Positions 36,583 to 46,654 of a stretch of 64,000 bases of DNA are shown in pieces (the stretch's first letter is position 1; the number at the start of each line of letters is the position of its first letter). The notes beneath the pieces were generated by a model. The model did not search any database. It was not told the DNA's origin and saw only the letters and a list, made by a program, of their open reading frames with translations. The position numbers and the translations under genes are program-made. The DNA is from Candidatus Binatia bacterium (GTDB lineage: Bacteria; Desulfobacterota; Binatia; DP-6). The stretch spans positions 7,543 to 71,542 of the forward strand of contig JBGQET010000008.1 in NCBI GenBank assembly GCA_041496545.1, written 5' to 3'.

Positions 36583-39500
36583 GGCGCCGGGCGCTTCTCA
36601 TCGCCGCGCTCACAGCCGCGCTCGCAGAGCGAGCGGCGGCGGCGCCGCCCGTCCGGCCGGCGGAAGCGAAGGGCACCGTCGTCGTCCCCGATCGGTTCCT
36701 CCGGCGCTGGGATCCGGTGACGGTCTTCTTCGAGCGCGACGCCGGGCCCGCGAAGGGCGGCCCGGAGGACCACCCCGAGCGGCTGGTGAAGGTGACGCCG
36801 GCGCACCCCGGTGCGTTCACCTGGCTCGACGCGCGCACGCTCCAGTTTCGCCCGGCGGAGCCCTGGCCGCCGCTCGCGCGCTTCACGTGGGTCGCGCGCG
36901 ACACGACGGCGCGCCTCACCACGCTCATGGCGGCGCCGCGGACGGCGCTCCCGGCCGACGCCGCCGTCGGCCTCGACCCGGTCGAGACCGTGTCCCTCAC
37001 CTTCGCCGAGCCGCTCGACCCGCAGGCCCTCGCGCGCATGGTCACCATCGAGCTCCGACCCCTGCCCGGAATCGGCGGCGAGCGGGCGCGCTGGATGACG
37101 TGGAACGACTTCCAGGTGAAGGAGATGGAGCGCCACGCGCGCGCCGACCCCGCGACCTACGTCCTCGAGCTCGCCTCGCCGGTCCCGCTCGGCACGCGCG
37201 CCATCGTCCACCTGCGCCTCTCGCTCGACGACGACGCGAGGGAGTCGTTCGCCGAGATCGCGTTCTCCACCGCCGAGCCCTTCCGCGTCGTCGAGGTCGG
37301 GTGTCGCGGCGACGAGGAGGGCGCGTGGGGGACGCCGCGCGGCCCGCGGCGGACGTATCCGGTGACGCCGGAGGGCACGCGCTACACGCCGGAGCAGCCG
37401 CTGCGCTGCCGCGAGAACGACCGCACGATCGCGATCGAGTTCTCCGCCCCGCCGCGCGACGTCGACCCCGTCGAGGGGCGGAATCTCGTGCGGCTCACGC
37501 CGTCCGTCGAGCACCTGGACTTCGCGGTCGAGGGGAAGACGCTCACCGTCTCGGGCGACTTCGACGCCGAGCGGCTCTACCGCGTGACGCTCGCCCCGAC
37601 GCCGCTCAAGGACCGGCAGGGCCGCGCGCTCGAGATGCGCGCGGAGAGCGAGCTGTCGGTCTACTTCCCCGGCCTGCCGCGCCGCCTCGCGTGGGTCTCC
37701 GGCGACGGCGTGGTGGAGCGTCTCGGCCCGCAGACGGTCCCGCTCACGGGCCGCGGCACGGAGCGGCTCGACCTCCGCATCCACCGCGTCGAGCCGCTCG
37801 ACCGCGCCTTCTGGCCCTTCCCGCGCCAGTCGCTCTCGCTCGACGAAGCGGGCCGGCCGCCCGGCCCGGGCGAGGAGCCCGACCCGCACACCGACCTCCA
37901 GCCCGCGTCCGTCTTCGAGCTGCAGCGACAGATCGGCGCGCTCGGCTCGCCGCTCGTCTCGACGCTGGTCACGCTGCCGTTCAAGCGCGACGGCAAGGGC
38001 GCGACCTTCGGCCTCGACCTCGGCGCCCACCTTGCGCGCATCGCGGGGGTGGAGCGGCCGGGGACGTACCTGGTCGGGCTCCGTCGCCTCGACGGCTCGA
38101 GCGAGCGCTCGTGGATGCGCGTGCAGGCGACCGACCTCGCCCTCACCGCGGCCGAGGAGCCCGACGCCGTGCACTTCGTCGTCACCTCGCTGGCGAACGG
38201 CCGTCCCGTCCCCAAGGCGACGGTGCGGCTGGAGGGCATCCTCGACCAGCCCTCCGACTCGACGAAGCGCGCCTGGACCACGCTCGCGGAGGGGAAGACG
38301 AACGACGACGGCGGTTTCCGCTGGCCGGCGCCGGGCTGGCGCTCGGGCGACCCGTACCGCGAGATCCAGCGCATCGTCGTCAGCGCCGGCGACGACCTGC
38401 TCGTCCTCGACCCGGGGCGCGCACCCGACGCCTACGCCGACAACCACTGGAACGCGACCCACGAGCGCTGGCTCGCGTGGGCCTTCCAGCCGCTCGACGC
38501 CCGCCTCGCCGGACCCGAGAAGCTCTGCCACATCTTCACCGAGCGGCCCGTGTACCGCCCGGAGGAGACGGTCCACATCAAGGGCTACCTCCGCCAGCGC
38601 GCGCAGGGCCACTTGACGCCCCTCCAGTACTCCGGCGCGGTGGTGGTGGAGGGACCGGGCGACCAGCGCTGGCGCCGCCCCGTGACGGCGACGCCCGCGG
38701 GCAGCTTCTACGTCGCGTTCAGCGAGACCAACCTGCCGACCGGCGACTACACGGCGCACTTCGAGGACGCAGACGCCAACGCGTACGGCGAGGTCGCCTT
38801 CCGGGTCGACGCCTACCGCATCCCGACCTTCGAGGTGGACCTGCACGCGCCCGACAAGGTGCCGCTCGACCACGAGTTCGGGGTGGCGCTCACCTCCACC
38901 TACTACGCCGGCGGCAAGGTCGCGGGCCGTCCGGTGGAGTGGCGCGTCACGCAGTTCCCCTACACGTGGACGCCGAAGCGACGCGAGGGCTTCCAGTACT
39001 CCTCGGACGGTCGCTTCTCGGGCAACGCCAGGTTCGAGTCGTCGCCCAGGCTCGAGAAGGAGGACACCACCGACGAGAACGGCGCCGCCTCGCTGACCCT
39101 GAACCCCGCGCTCGAGCCGACGGCGCAGCCGCGCACCTACGTCGTCGAGGCGACCGTCACGGGGCCCGACGACCAGACCGTCACCAACACCCGGCGCGTG
39201 ATCGCGCTGCCGCCGTTCGTGCTCGGCTTGAAGGTCCCGCGCTACCTCGAGCACGCCAAGGAGGTCGCGCCCGAGCTGGTGGTCGTCGGCCCCGACGGCG
39301 AGCCGCTCGCCGGCACCGAGGTGAAGGTCCGGCTGCTCAACCGCCAGTGGCACTCGCACCTCCGCGCCAGCGACTTCTCCGACGGCGTGGCCCGCTACGT
39401 GACCGACGTGGTCGACGAGAAGGTCTCCGAGACGACGGTCACGAGCGGTGCTGCGCCGGCGACGGTGCGCTTGCCGATCGACCACGCCGGTGTCTACGTC

Positions 39501-42416
39501 GTCGAGCTGGAGGCGCACGACCGGCTCGGGCGCGCGCAGGTGGTCGCCGTCGACCTCTACGCCGGCGGCGCCGAGCCCGTCACCTGGGCGAAGCCGGTGA
39601 CGCGCGTCTTCGAGGTGGCGAGCGACAAGGACGCGTACGACCCCGGCGAGACCGCGAACCTGGTGCTGAAGAGCCCCTTCCAGGAGGGCCGCGCGCTGGT
39701 CGTGACCGAGGCCCCGGAGGGCAACGACTACCGCTGGCTCGAGGTGAAGGGCGGCACGGCGACGTTCAAGGTCCCCATCCGCGGCGCCTACGTGCCGCAG
39801 CTTCCCGTCCACTTCGTCCTGATGCGCGGCCGGGTGGCGAGCGCGCCCGCGGCGGCGACCGACCGCACCGACCTCACCAAGCCCTCCACCGTCGCCGCCA
39901 CGGCGTGGGTGAAGGTGAACCCGGTCGACAACCGCGTCGAGGTGACGCTCGAGAACCCGGCGCGCGCACGGCCGGGCGAGACCGTGCCGGTGACCGTCCG
40001 CTTGAAGGACCCGCACGGCAAGCCGCTCCCGGGCGAGGTGACGCTCTGGCTCGTCGACCAGGCCGTGCTCGCGCTCGGCAAGGAGCAGCGCCTCGACCCG
40101 CTGCCGGACTTCATCACGCTCGTCGTCTCGCGCCTCGCGGTGCGCGACACGCGGAACCTGCCCTTCGGGCGGCTGCCGTTCGTCGAGAGCCCGGGGGGCG
40201 CGGGCGGCGAAGGGGAGGGCGGCGGGATCTTCGACAAGGTGACCGTGCGGCGGAGCTTCAAGCCGGTGCCGTACTTCAACCCGGCGATCGAGGTGGGGCC
40301 CGACGGCTGGACGACGGTGCAGGTGGCGCTGCCCGACAACCTCACCAACTTCAAGCTGCGCGCCAAGGCGGCGAGCGGACCCGAGCGCTTCGGCTGGGCG
40401 GTGGGCGACCTCGCCGTGCGCTTGCCGGTCATCGTGCAGCCGGCGCTGCCGCGCTTCGTGCGTCCGGGCGACAGCTTCACCGCCGCCGGCATCGGCCGCG
40501 TCGTCGAGGGCGAGGGGGGGCCGGGGAAGGCGCAGGTCCGGGTCGACGGCGGCGTGGTCGCCGCGCCCGCGACGCGCGAGCTGGCGTGGGTGGCGGAGCG
40601 TCCGGAGCGGATCGAGTTCCCGGTCGAGGTGGTGACCCCGGCGTACACCCCGGAGGGCGCGCTCGCGCGCACGGAGATCACGATCGGCGTCGCCGTGACG
40701 CGCGCCTCGGACGGCGCCGGCGACGCCTTCGAGGTGAAGCTGCCGATCCGCGACGACCGCCGCCGCGTGACGGCGCGGCAGCTCGACGAGGTCGTGGCGG
40801 GGAAGCCGCTCGCGATTCCCGCCCTGCCCGAGCCGGCGCGTCCGGGGACGGTGCGGCGCGCGCTCGTCGTCTCGGACCAGCCGGCGCTGCTCAAAATGGC
40901 GGCCGGCCTCGACGTCCTCCTCGCCTACCCGTACGGCTGCACCGAGCAGCGGCTGTCGCGCGCCGAGGCCGTGCTCGCGCTCCGCAAGCTGCGCGGGCTC
41001 CTCGGCGAGACGGGCGGCGAGGAGGAGAGCGCGCGGCCGGTGCGCGAGGTGCTCGAGTGGCTGCCCGGCGTCGTCGACCCGCACGGGCTCGCCGCCTTCT
41101 GGCCGGGTTCGCGCGGCTACGTCTCGCTCACGGCGTGGGTCGTGCGCTTCCTGGTCGAAGCGCGGGCGGGCGGCTTCCCGGTGGACGCGAAGCTGTTCGA
41201 CGGCTTCACGGGCGCCCTCGAGCAAGCGCTCCGCTCCGACTACAGCCAGTTCATCGACGGCGAGTCGTTCAACGAGCGCGCCTGGGCGCTCGCCGCGCTC
41301 GCGTCCGCGGGCAAGTTCAACCCCGGCTACGCCGCCGAGCTGGCGCGCCGCGCGCAGTACCTCGACCTCGAGGGTGTGTCCGAGGTGACGCTCGCGCTGG
41401 CGCGGCAGGGCGACACCGCGTCGTCCACTGTCGAAGCGCTGGTGCAGCGGCTCTGGGACGGCCTCGTCGTCCGTCTCTACCAGGGCCACGAGCAGTACGG
41501 CGGGCTCCAGAAGCGGGCGGATCGGAACGGCCTCATCCTGCCCAGCGAGACGCGCACGATCGCGGAGGTCACCCGGGCCGTCGCGCACGTGAAGCCCGAG
41601 GAGCCGCGGCTCGCGGTCCTGGTCGCGGCGCTGGTCACGCTCGGCCGCGGCGACGGCTGGGGCTCGACGAACGCCGACGCGGCGGCGCTCGGCGCGCTCG
41701 CCGAGCGGCTCACGCCGCCGCTCGCGGGGAGCGCGCCGCGCACGCTGCGCGTGCGCTTCGGCGCGGACACGCGGACGGTCGCGCTCGGACCCGAGACGCC
41801 GCTCGTGCGGCTGGTCGCCACCGACGCCGCGGCGGGCGAGGTCGCGCTCGACGCGGGCGGCGCGCCGGGGACGGTCGCGGTGCGCGCCGAGACGTCGTGG
41901 ATCCCCGAGGCCGACGGCAGCCGCGTCGCCGCCGACGCCCACGGCTTCGTGGTGTCGCGCGAGTGGCTCCGCGTCCGCCGCAAGACCGACGCGCCGCCGG
42001 AGCGCGTACCGCTGGCGGCGCCTGGTACGACGCTCACCCTCGCCGTCGGCGATGTCGTCGAGGAGCACGTGCAGGTCGTGAACCCCGAGGACCGCCACTA
42101 CGTCGCCGTGGTGATGCCGCTCGCGGCGGGCCTCGAGCCGCTCAACCCGAAGCTCGCGACGGCGTCGGCCGACGCCATCCCGGCCGGCACGCTCACCCTC
42201 GAGCCGACCTACGCCACCTACCTCGACGACCGCGTCGCCTTCTACTACGACACGCTCGCCAAGGGCACGTACGACTTCTTCGTGCGCACGCGGGCCAGCA
42301 CGCCGGGCAAGTTCATCCAGCCCGCCGCGCAGGCGGAGACGATGTACGACGCGGGTGTCCGCGGGGGCTCCGCCGGCGCGCGCGTCGAGGTGGCGCCCGC
42401 CGCCGAGCGGCGATGA
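36579..42416 (+). CDS. yfhM: bacterial alpha-2-macroglobulin with thioester (YfhM/ECAM class)
   Basis: The GTG start overlaps the upstream stop as GTGA. About 1945 aa with a signal peptide and no lipobox Cys. The thioester motif YPYGCTEQ has CTEQ at 40938-40949. A pbpC gene lies immediately downstream. Confidence 0.92.
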   Translation: MRRRALLIAALTAALAERAAAAPPVRPAEAKGTVVVPDRFLRRWDPVTVFFERDAGPAKGGPEDHPERLVKVTPAHPGAFTWLDARTLQFRPAEPWPPLARFTWVARDTTARLTTLMAAPRTALPADAAVGLDPVETVSLTFAEPLDPQALARMVTIELRPLPGIGGERARWMTWNDFQVKEMERHARADPATYVLELASPVPLGTRAIVHLRLSLDDDARESFAEIAFSTAEPFRVVEVGCRGDEEGAWGTPRGPRRTYPVTPEGTRYTPEQPLRCRENDRTIAIEFSAPPRDVDPVEGRNLVRLTPSVEHLDFAVEGKTLTVSGDFDAERLYRVTLAPTPLKDRQGRALEMRAESELSVYFPGLPRRLAWVSGDGVVERLGPQTVPLTGRGTERLDLRIHRVEPLDRAFWPFPRQSLSLDEAGRPPGPGEEPDPHTDLQPASVFELQRQIGALGSPLVSTLVTLPFKRDGKGATFGLDLGAHLARIAGVERPGTYLVGLRRLDGSSERSWMRVQATDLALTAAEEPDAVHFVVTSLANGRPVPKATVRLEGILDQPSDSTKRAWTTLAEGKTNDDGGFRWPAPGWRSGDPYREIQRIVVSAGDDLLVLDPGRAPDAYADNHWNATHERWLAWAFQPLDARLAGPEKLCHIFTERPVYRPEETVHIKGYLRQRAQGHLTPLQYSGAVVVEGPGDQRWRRPVTATPAGSFYVAFSETNLPTGDYTAHFEDADANAYGEVAFRVDAYRIPTFEVDLHAPDKVPLDHEFGVALTSTYYAGGKVAGRPVEWRVTQFPYTWTPKRREGFQYSSDGRFSGNARFESSPRLEKEDTTDENGAASLTLNPALEPTAQPRTYVVEATVTGPDDQTVTNTRRVIALPPFVLGLKVPRYLEHAKEVAPELVVVGPDGEPLAGTEVKVRLLNRQWHSHLRASDFSDGVARYVTDVVDEKVSETTVTSGAAPATVRLPIDHAGVYVVELEAHDRLGRAQVVAVDLYAGGAEPVTWAKPVTRVFEVASDKDAYDPGETANLVLKSPFQEGRALVVTEAPEGNDYRWLEVKGGTATFKVPIRGAYVPQLPVHFVLMRGRVASAPAAATDRTDLTKPSTVAATAWVKVNPVDNRVEVTLENPARARPGETVPVTVRLKDPHGKPLPGEVTLWLVDQAVLALGKEQRLDPLPDFITLVVSRLAVRDTRNLPFGRLPFVESPGGAGGEGEGGGIFDKVTVRRSFKPVPYFNPAIEVGPDGWTTVQVALPDNLTNFKLRAKAASGPERFGWAVGDLAVRLPVIVQPALPRFVRPGDSFTAAGIGRVVEGEGGPGKAQVRVDGGVVAAPATRELAWVAERPERIEFPVEVVTPAYTPEGALARTEITIGVAVTRASDGAGDAFEVKLPIRDDRRRVTARQLDEVVAGKPLAIPALPEPARPGTVRRALVVSDQPALLKMAAGLDVLLAYPYGCTEQRLSRAEAVLALRKLRGLLGETGGEEESARPVREVLEWLPGVVDPHGLAAFWPGSRGYVSLTAWVVRFLVEARAGGFPVDAKLFDGFTGALEQALRSDYSQFIDGESFNERAWALAALASAGKFNPGYAAELARRAQYLDLEGVSEVTLALARQGDTASSTVEALVQRLWDGLVVRLYQGHEQYGGLQKRADRNGLILPSETRTIAEVTRAVAHVKPEEPRLAVLVAALVTLGRGDGWGSTNADAAALGALAERLTPPLAGSAPRTLRVRFGADTRTVALGPETPLVRLVATDAAAGEVALDAGGAPGTVAVRAETSWIPEADGSRVAADAHGFVVSREWLRVRRKTDAPPERVPLAAPGTTLTLAVGDVVEEHVQVVNPEDRHYVAVVMPLAAGLEPLNPKLATASADAIPAGTLTLEPTYATYLDDRVAFYYDTLAKGTYDFFVRTRASTPGKFIQPAAQAETMYDAGVRGGSAGARVEVAPAAERR

Positions 42417-44791
42417 GCCGCGGGCGCGTCGCGGCGGTTCTGGTCGCGCTCGTGCTGGGGGCGGTGGTCGCGACGCGCGCCCGGCTGGTGGCGCCGTCGC
42501 CGACGCTGCTCGCGCGCGACGCGCGCGGGCGCTTCCTCGCCGAGATCGACGACGGGAGCGGCGCCGAGGCCGGCTACTGGCCGCTGGCGGCGCTGCCGGC
42601 GCGCGTCGTGGCGGCCACGCTCGCGGTCGAGGACCGCCGCTTCTGGCGCCATCCCGGCGTCGACCCGCTCGCCGTGGCGCGGAGCCTGCGGGCGAACTGG
42701 CGTGCCGGGCGGCGCACCTCGGGCGCGTCCACGCTGGCGATGCAGGTCGCGCGCATCCAGGCCCCGGGCCCGCGCACGTACCTCCGCAAGGCCGTGGAAG
42801 CGCTCACCGCGTGCCTGCTCACCGCGCGCTACGGGCGCGAAGCCGTGCTCGCGCACTACCTCCGCATCGCGCCCTACGCGAACCGCATCCGCGGCATCGG
42901 CTTCGCGGCGCGGCGCTACTTCGACAAGCCGGTCGACGACCTGAGCTGGGCCGAGACGGCCTTCCTGACGGCGATCCCGCAGGCGCCGGCGCTGATGAAC
43001 CCCTACCGCCCGCGCGGGCGCGCGCGCGCCGCGGAGCGCGGGCGGCGCATTCTCGACGCGCTCCTCGCCCGCGGCGCGTTCGGCGCCGGGGAGCACGCCG
43101 CCGCCGCGCGCGAGATCGCGGCGCTCGCCGTGCCGCCGCTCGCGCACCGGCCGCCCGAAGCGCTGCACGCCGTGCTGCGCCTCACGCGGCTCGTCCGCGA
43201 CCCGGCGACGCGCCCGCCGTTCCCGCCCCGCGGCATCCTCGAGACGACGCTCGACCTCGACGTCCAGGCGGCGGTCGCGGCGCGCGTCGCCGGCGCCGTG
43301 CGCGCGCTCGCCTCGCGCGGCGCGGGCAACGCCGCCGCGATCGTCGTCGAGCGCGGCACCAACCGCGTGCTCGCCTGGGTGGGCTCGGCGGGCTACTCCG
43401 ACGCGCGTCACGCGGGCGCGTACGACTACGCGCGGGTGCCGCGCTCGCCCGGCAGCACGCTCAAGCCGTTTCTCTACGCGCTGGCGCTCGAGCGTGGCGT
43501 GATCACGCCGGCCACCGTGCTGGACGACATCCTGCGCGCGCCCGGCGACATCGTGAACGCGGACGAAGCGTTCCTCGGTCCCCTGCTGCCGCGCGTCGCG
43601 CTGGCCAACTCGCGCAACGTCCCCGCCGCCAACCTCCTCGATCGCCTCGGGCTCGCGGAAGGCTACGCGTTCCTCCGCGACCTCGGCCTCCACGACGGCG
43701 CGGTCGCCGCCGAGCACTGGGGGCTCGGGCTCGCGATCGGCGCGCTGCCGACGACGCTCGAGCGCTTGGTGCGCGCGTACACGGTGCTCGCGGGCGACGG
43801 CCGCGCGTCCGACCTGGTGTGGTACACGGGCGAACCGCTCGCGCCGCCGCGCCGCTTGCTCGCCGAGGACACGGCGCGGCAGGTGACCCTCTTCCTCGCC
43901 GACCCGATGGCGCGCCTGCCGACCTTCCCGCGCATGGGCGCCAGCGAGTACCCCTTCCCGGTCGCCGTCAAGACCGGGACCTCGTCCCGCTACCGCGACG
44001 CGCTCACGGTGGCGTACACGACGCGCTACGCGGTCGGCGTCTGGCTCGGCGACCCCGACTACCGGCCGATGAGCCGCTTGACGGCTTTCGCCTCCGCCGC
44101 CGGGCTGGCGCAGGAGATCGTCGCCTGGCTGCACCGCGACCAGAGCGGCGGGCTCGACGACCTCCAGTTCCCGCCGCCGCGCGGCTTCCGCCCCGTGCGC
44201 GTCTGCGGCGTGACCGGCAAGCGTGCGACGCATGCCTGCGGACAGGTCTACGTCGAGTGGTTCCGCCCCGGCGTGGAGCCGGCGGAGGAATGCGACGCGC
44301 ACGTCGAGCTCGCCGTCGACAAGCGCGACGGCCTCCTCGCCTCGACGTACACGCCTCCCGGCGCCGTCGAGGTGCGGACCTTCACGACGCTGCCCGCGCG
44401 CTACGCCGCGTGGGCGGCGGCGGCCGGGCTCCGGCGTCCGCCGGCGGCGGTGAGCCCGCTCGGCGCGCCGCCGGGCGCGCGCGCCGCCCGCGGGCCGCCG
44501 GCCCCGCTCGCGCGCGGCGGCGCGCCGCGGCTCCGCATCCTCGCGCCGCGCGGCGGGACGCGGCTCGTGCGCGACCCGGAGAGCCCACCCGCGCTCGGCA
44601 CGCTCGCGCTCCGCGTCCTCGTCGATCCGCCGGCGGCACAGGTCGTGTGGTACGTCGACGACGCGCCCTTCGAGGTCGTCGACTACCCGTACACCACCCG
44701 CTGGGCACTCCGGCCGGGCGACCATACGTTCCAGGCGCGGCTGCCGTGGACCAACGTCGCGTCGACCGCGGTGCGCGTGCGCGTGCAGTGA
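42413..44791 (+). CDS. pbpC: penicillin-binding protein 1C (bifunctional glycosyltransferase/transpeptidase)
   Basis: The ATG overlaps the A2M stop as ATGA. The GT51 motif is EDRRFWRHPGVD. Transpeptidase motifs are STLK, SRN and KTG. A C-terminal PBP1C-type domain is present. Confidence 0.92.
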   Translation: MSRGRVAAVLVALVLGAVVATRARLVAPSPTLLARDARGRFLAEIDDGSGAEAGYWPLAALPARVVAATLAVEDRRFWRHPGVDPLAVARSLRANWRAGRRTSGASTLAMQVARIQAPGPRTYLRKAVEALTACLLTARYGREAVLAHYLRIAPYANRIRGIGFAARRYFDKPVDDLSWAETAFLTAIPQAPALMNPYRPRGRARAAERGRRILDALLARGAFGAGEHAAAAREIAALAVPPLAHRPPEALHAVLRLTRLVRDPATRPPFPPRGILETTLDLDVQAAVAARVAGAVRALASRGAGNAAAIVVERGTNRVLAWVGSAGYSDARHAGAYDYARVPRSPGSTLKPFLYALALERGVITPATVLDDILRAPGDIVNADEAFLGPLLPRVALANSRNVPAANLLDRLGLAEGYAFLRDLGLHDGAVAAEHWGLGLAIGALPTTLERLVRAYTVLAGDGRASDLVWYTGEPLAPPRRLLAEDTARQVTLFLADPMARLPTFPRMGASEYPFPVAVKTGTSSRYRDALTVAYTTRYAVGVWLGDPDYRPMSRLTAFASAAGLAQEIVAWLHRDQSGGLDDLQFPPPRGFRPVRVCGVTGKRATHACGQVYVEWFRPGVEPAEECDAHVELAVDKRDGLLASTYTPPGAVEVRTFTTLPARYAAWAAAAGLRRPPAAVSPLGAPPGARAARGPPAPLARGGAPRLRILAPRGGTRLVRDPESPPALGTLALRVLVDPPAAQVVWYVDDAPFEVVDYPYTTRWALRPGDHTFQARLPWTNVASTAVRVRVQ

Positions 44792-44865
44792 GGCACAGGA
44801 CACGTCGCCGCTTGGCGCGACAGGCCTCGACTGCGCGAGGGCGTCCGTGCGTTGACATAGCGTCG

Positions 44866-44938
44866 TCACCCGGGGTCCTCCTGCTGGGGGAAATTCGTAA
44901 GGGGGACGAATGTTCTTGCCCCAAGGGACCCCGGGTGA
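44866..44938. other. nested stem-loop element in a lower-GC intergenic patch
   Basis: CACCCGGGGTCC (44867-78) pairs perfectly with GGACCCCGGGTG (44926-37), and T44866 pairs with A44938. The stem encloses an inner hairpin ATTCGT/ACGAAT (44893-98 / 44906-11). There is no flanking T-tract. Confidence 0.35.
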
Positions 44939-45394
44939 ACGAACGTGGTTCACACCTAGGCGACGGTGAAGTGATAGCCGATGTTGCCCGAGTAGCCGAC
45001 CGCATGCTCAACGATGACCTGCAGCAGATGATTCAACCCCAGAGGAAAGTCGACTTCCGCGTGAACCGTACCAGAGAACCAGTCGTTCAGAATGTCTACG
45101 CGGTTCGCGTCAGGGCAGGCGCCACAGGTGTCCACGACGACCGTGCAGCTTCACCTTCGACGCCGACAGCCCGTCGTCGATCCGATCCTGCATCTACGCC
45201 GCGCGGCCGCCACTGGGGGGACCATCCGGGCGCGGCGCGAGGTGCCGGCACGAGCGGCAGCGACGTGCCTGCCTACTAGGCAGCGAATTCCCCATCGGGC
45301 CGCGTCCCGCGGCACGCCCGACCCCGCCTCGTGCGGTGCGGCCGCGGCCTTTTCGCCGGGGGCGTGGCACCCGGGTTGCTGATGAGGGGCGGAG

Positions 45395-46654
45395 ATGCTC
45401 GGACTCGTCCTCACCGCCGGCGGTGCGCGGGGCGCCTACCAAGCGGGCGTTCTCAAGCGGATCGGCGAGCTGGCCCTGCTGCGCGACGCGCCGCTCCCGT
45501 TCCAGGTCGTGACCGGCGCGTCGGCCGGGGCGATCAACGGGGCGCTCGTCGCCTCGCGGAGCGCGAGCTTCCGTGAGGCGACGCGGTCCGCCGCCCAGCT
45601 GTGGTCGGGCGTCAGGATGGAGCAGGTGTTCCGCACCGACGCGTGGTCGCTCGGGATGGGCGCCCTCGGCATGGTGCGGGACATGACGCTCGCCGGGTTC
45701 CTCGGGCACACGGTGACCCAGTCGCTCTTCGACGCCTCGCCGCTCTACGAGCTCGTGAGCCGTCACTTCGACGCGGGTGGGATCGCCGAGGCGATCGAGC
45801 GCGGGCACCTCTACGCGCTCGCGATCACGGCGACGAGCTACCACTCCGGGCGTTCGTATACCTTCGTGCAGGGACGTCCGGGGCACCCGGTGTGGACGAA
45901 GAGCCGCCGCGTGGTCCTGCCGGTGGAGCTCGGGCCCGACCACGTGTGTGCGTCGGCGGCGATTCCGATCGTGTTCCCGCCGGTCCGGGTGGCCTCGATC
46001 GCGGGCGACCTCTACTTCGGCGACGGCGGGCTGCGCCAGGTGACGCCCTTCAGCCCCGCGATCCGCCTGGGTGCGAGCCGCGTGCTCGCGGTCGGCATCC
46101 GCTCCCAGCGGGCCTCCGACGCCCTCTCACGGGAGGAGCTCGGCACTGCGGAGGAGGCAGGTCTCCAGGGCCCGAGCATCGTGCGTCCGCCGCTCGCGCA
46201 GATCTGCGGCGTGTTCCTGAACGCCATCTTCCTCGACCACCTGGACAGCGACCTCGATCACCTCCGGCGCATGAACGAGCTGATCCGCTCGTACGGGACT
46301 GCGGTCGGGGACGGCGACCCGCGGTCGCCGGCCGTGAGCGAGCCGATGCGCCTCGTCACCCCGCTCGTCATCACGCCGTCGGAAGACCTGGCGCTCGTGG
46401 CGCAACGCTTCGCGCATCGGATGCCGCGCCTCGTCCGCTACCTGATGGACGGCCTCGGCACGCCCGACGCGCAGAGCGCGGACCTGATGAGCTACCTGCT
46501 CTTCGACGGCACGTACACGCGAGCGCTCGTCGACATCGGCTACCGCGATGCCGACGAGCGGGCGGAGGAGATCGAGGCTTTCCTGGCAGCGGCGGCGGCC
46601 GAAGGCGCGACCTCGCGGAGCACGCGCTGGGTGAAGGCGAGCCGCCCGCCGTAG
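45395..46654 (+). CDS. patatin-like phospholipase
   Basis: GGARGAY (oxyanion Gly-rich motif), GASAG (GxSxG), and FGDGGL (the catalytic Asp motif). Confidence 0.88.
   Translation: MLGLVLTAGGARGAYQAGVLKRIGELALLRDAPLPFQVVTGASAGAINGALVASRSASFREATRSAAQLWSGVRMEQVFRTDAWSLGMGALGMVRDMTLAGFLGHTVTQSLFDASPLYELVSRHFDAGGIAEAIERGHLYALAITATSYHSGRSYTFVQGRPGHPVWTKSRRVVLPVELGPDHVCASAAIPIVFPPVRVASIAGDLYFGDGGLRQVTPFSPAIRLGASRVLAVGIRSQRASDALSREELGTAEEAGLQGPSIVRPPLAQICGVFLNAIFLDHLDSDLDHLRRMNELIRSYGTAVGDGDPRSPAVSEPMRLVTPLVITPSEDLALVAQRFAHRMPRLVRYLMDGLGTPDAQSADLMSYLLFDGTYTRALVDIGYRDADERAEEIEAFLAAAAAEGATSRSTRWVKASRPP

Noticed and set aside
36579-42416. The A2M as a mag/yfaS-type (thioester-less, six-gene) operon member
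   Set aside because: An intact CTEQ thioester motif and a downstream pbpC place it in the YfhM/ECAM class. No MagA/B/C/E/F-like small genes are present.
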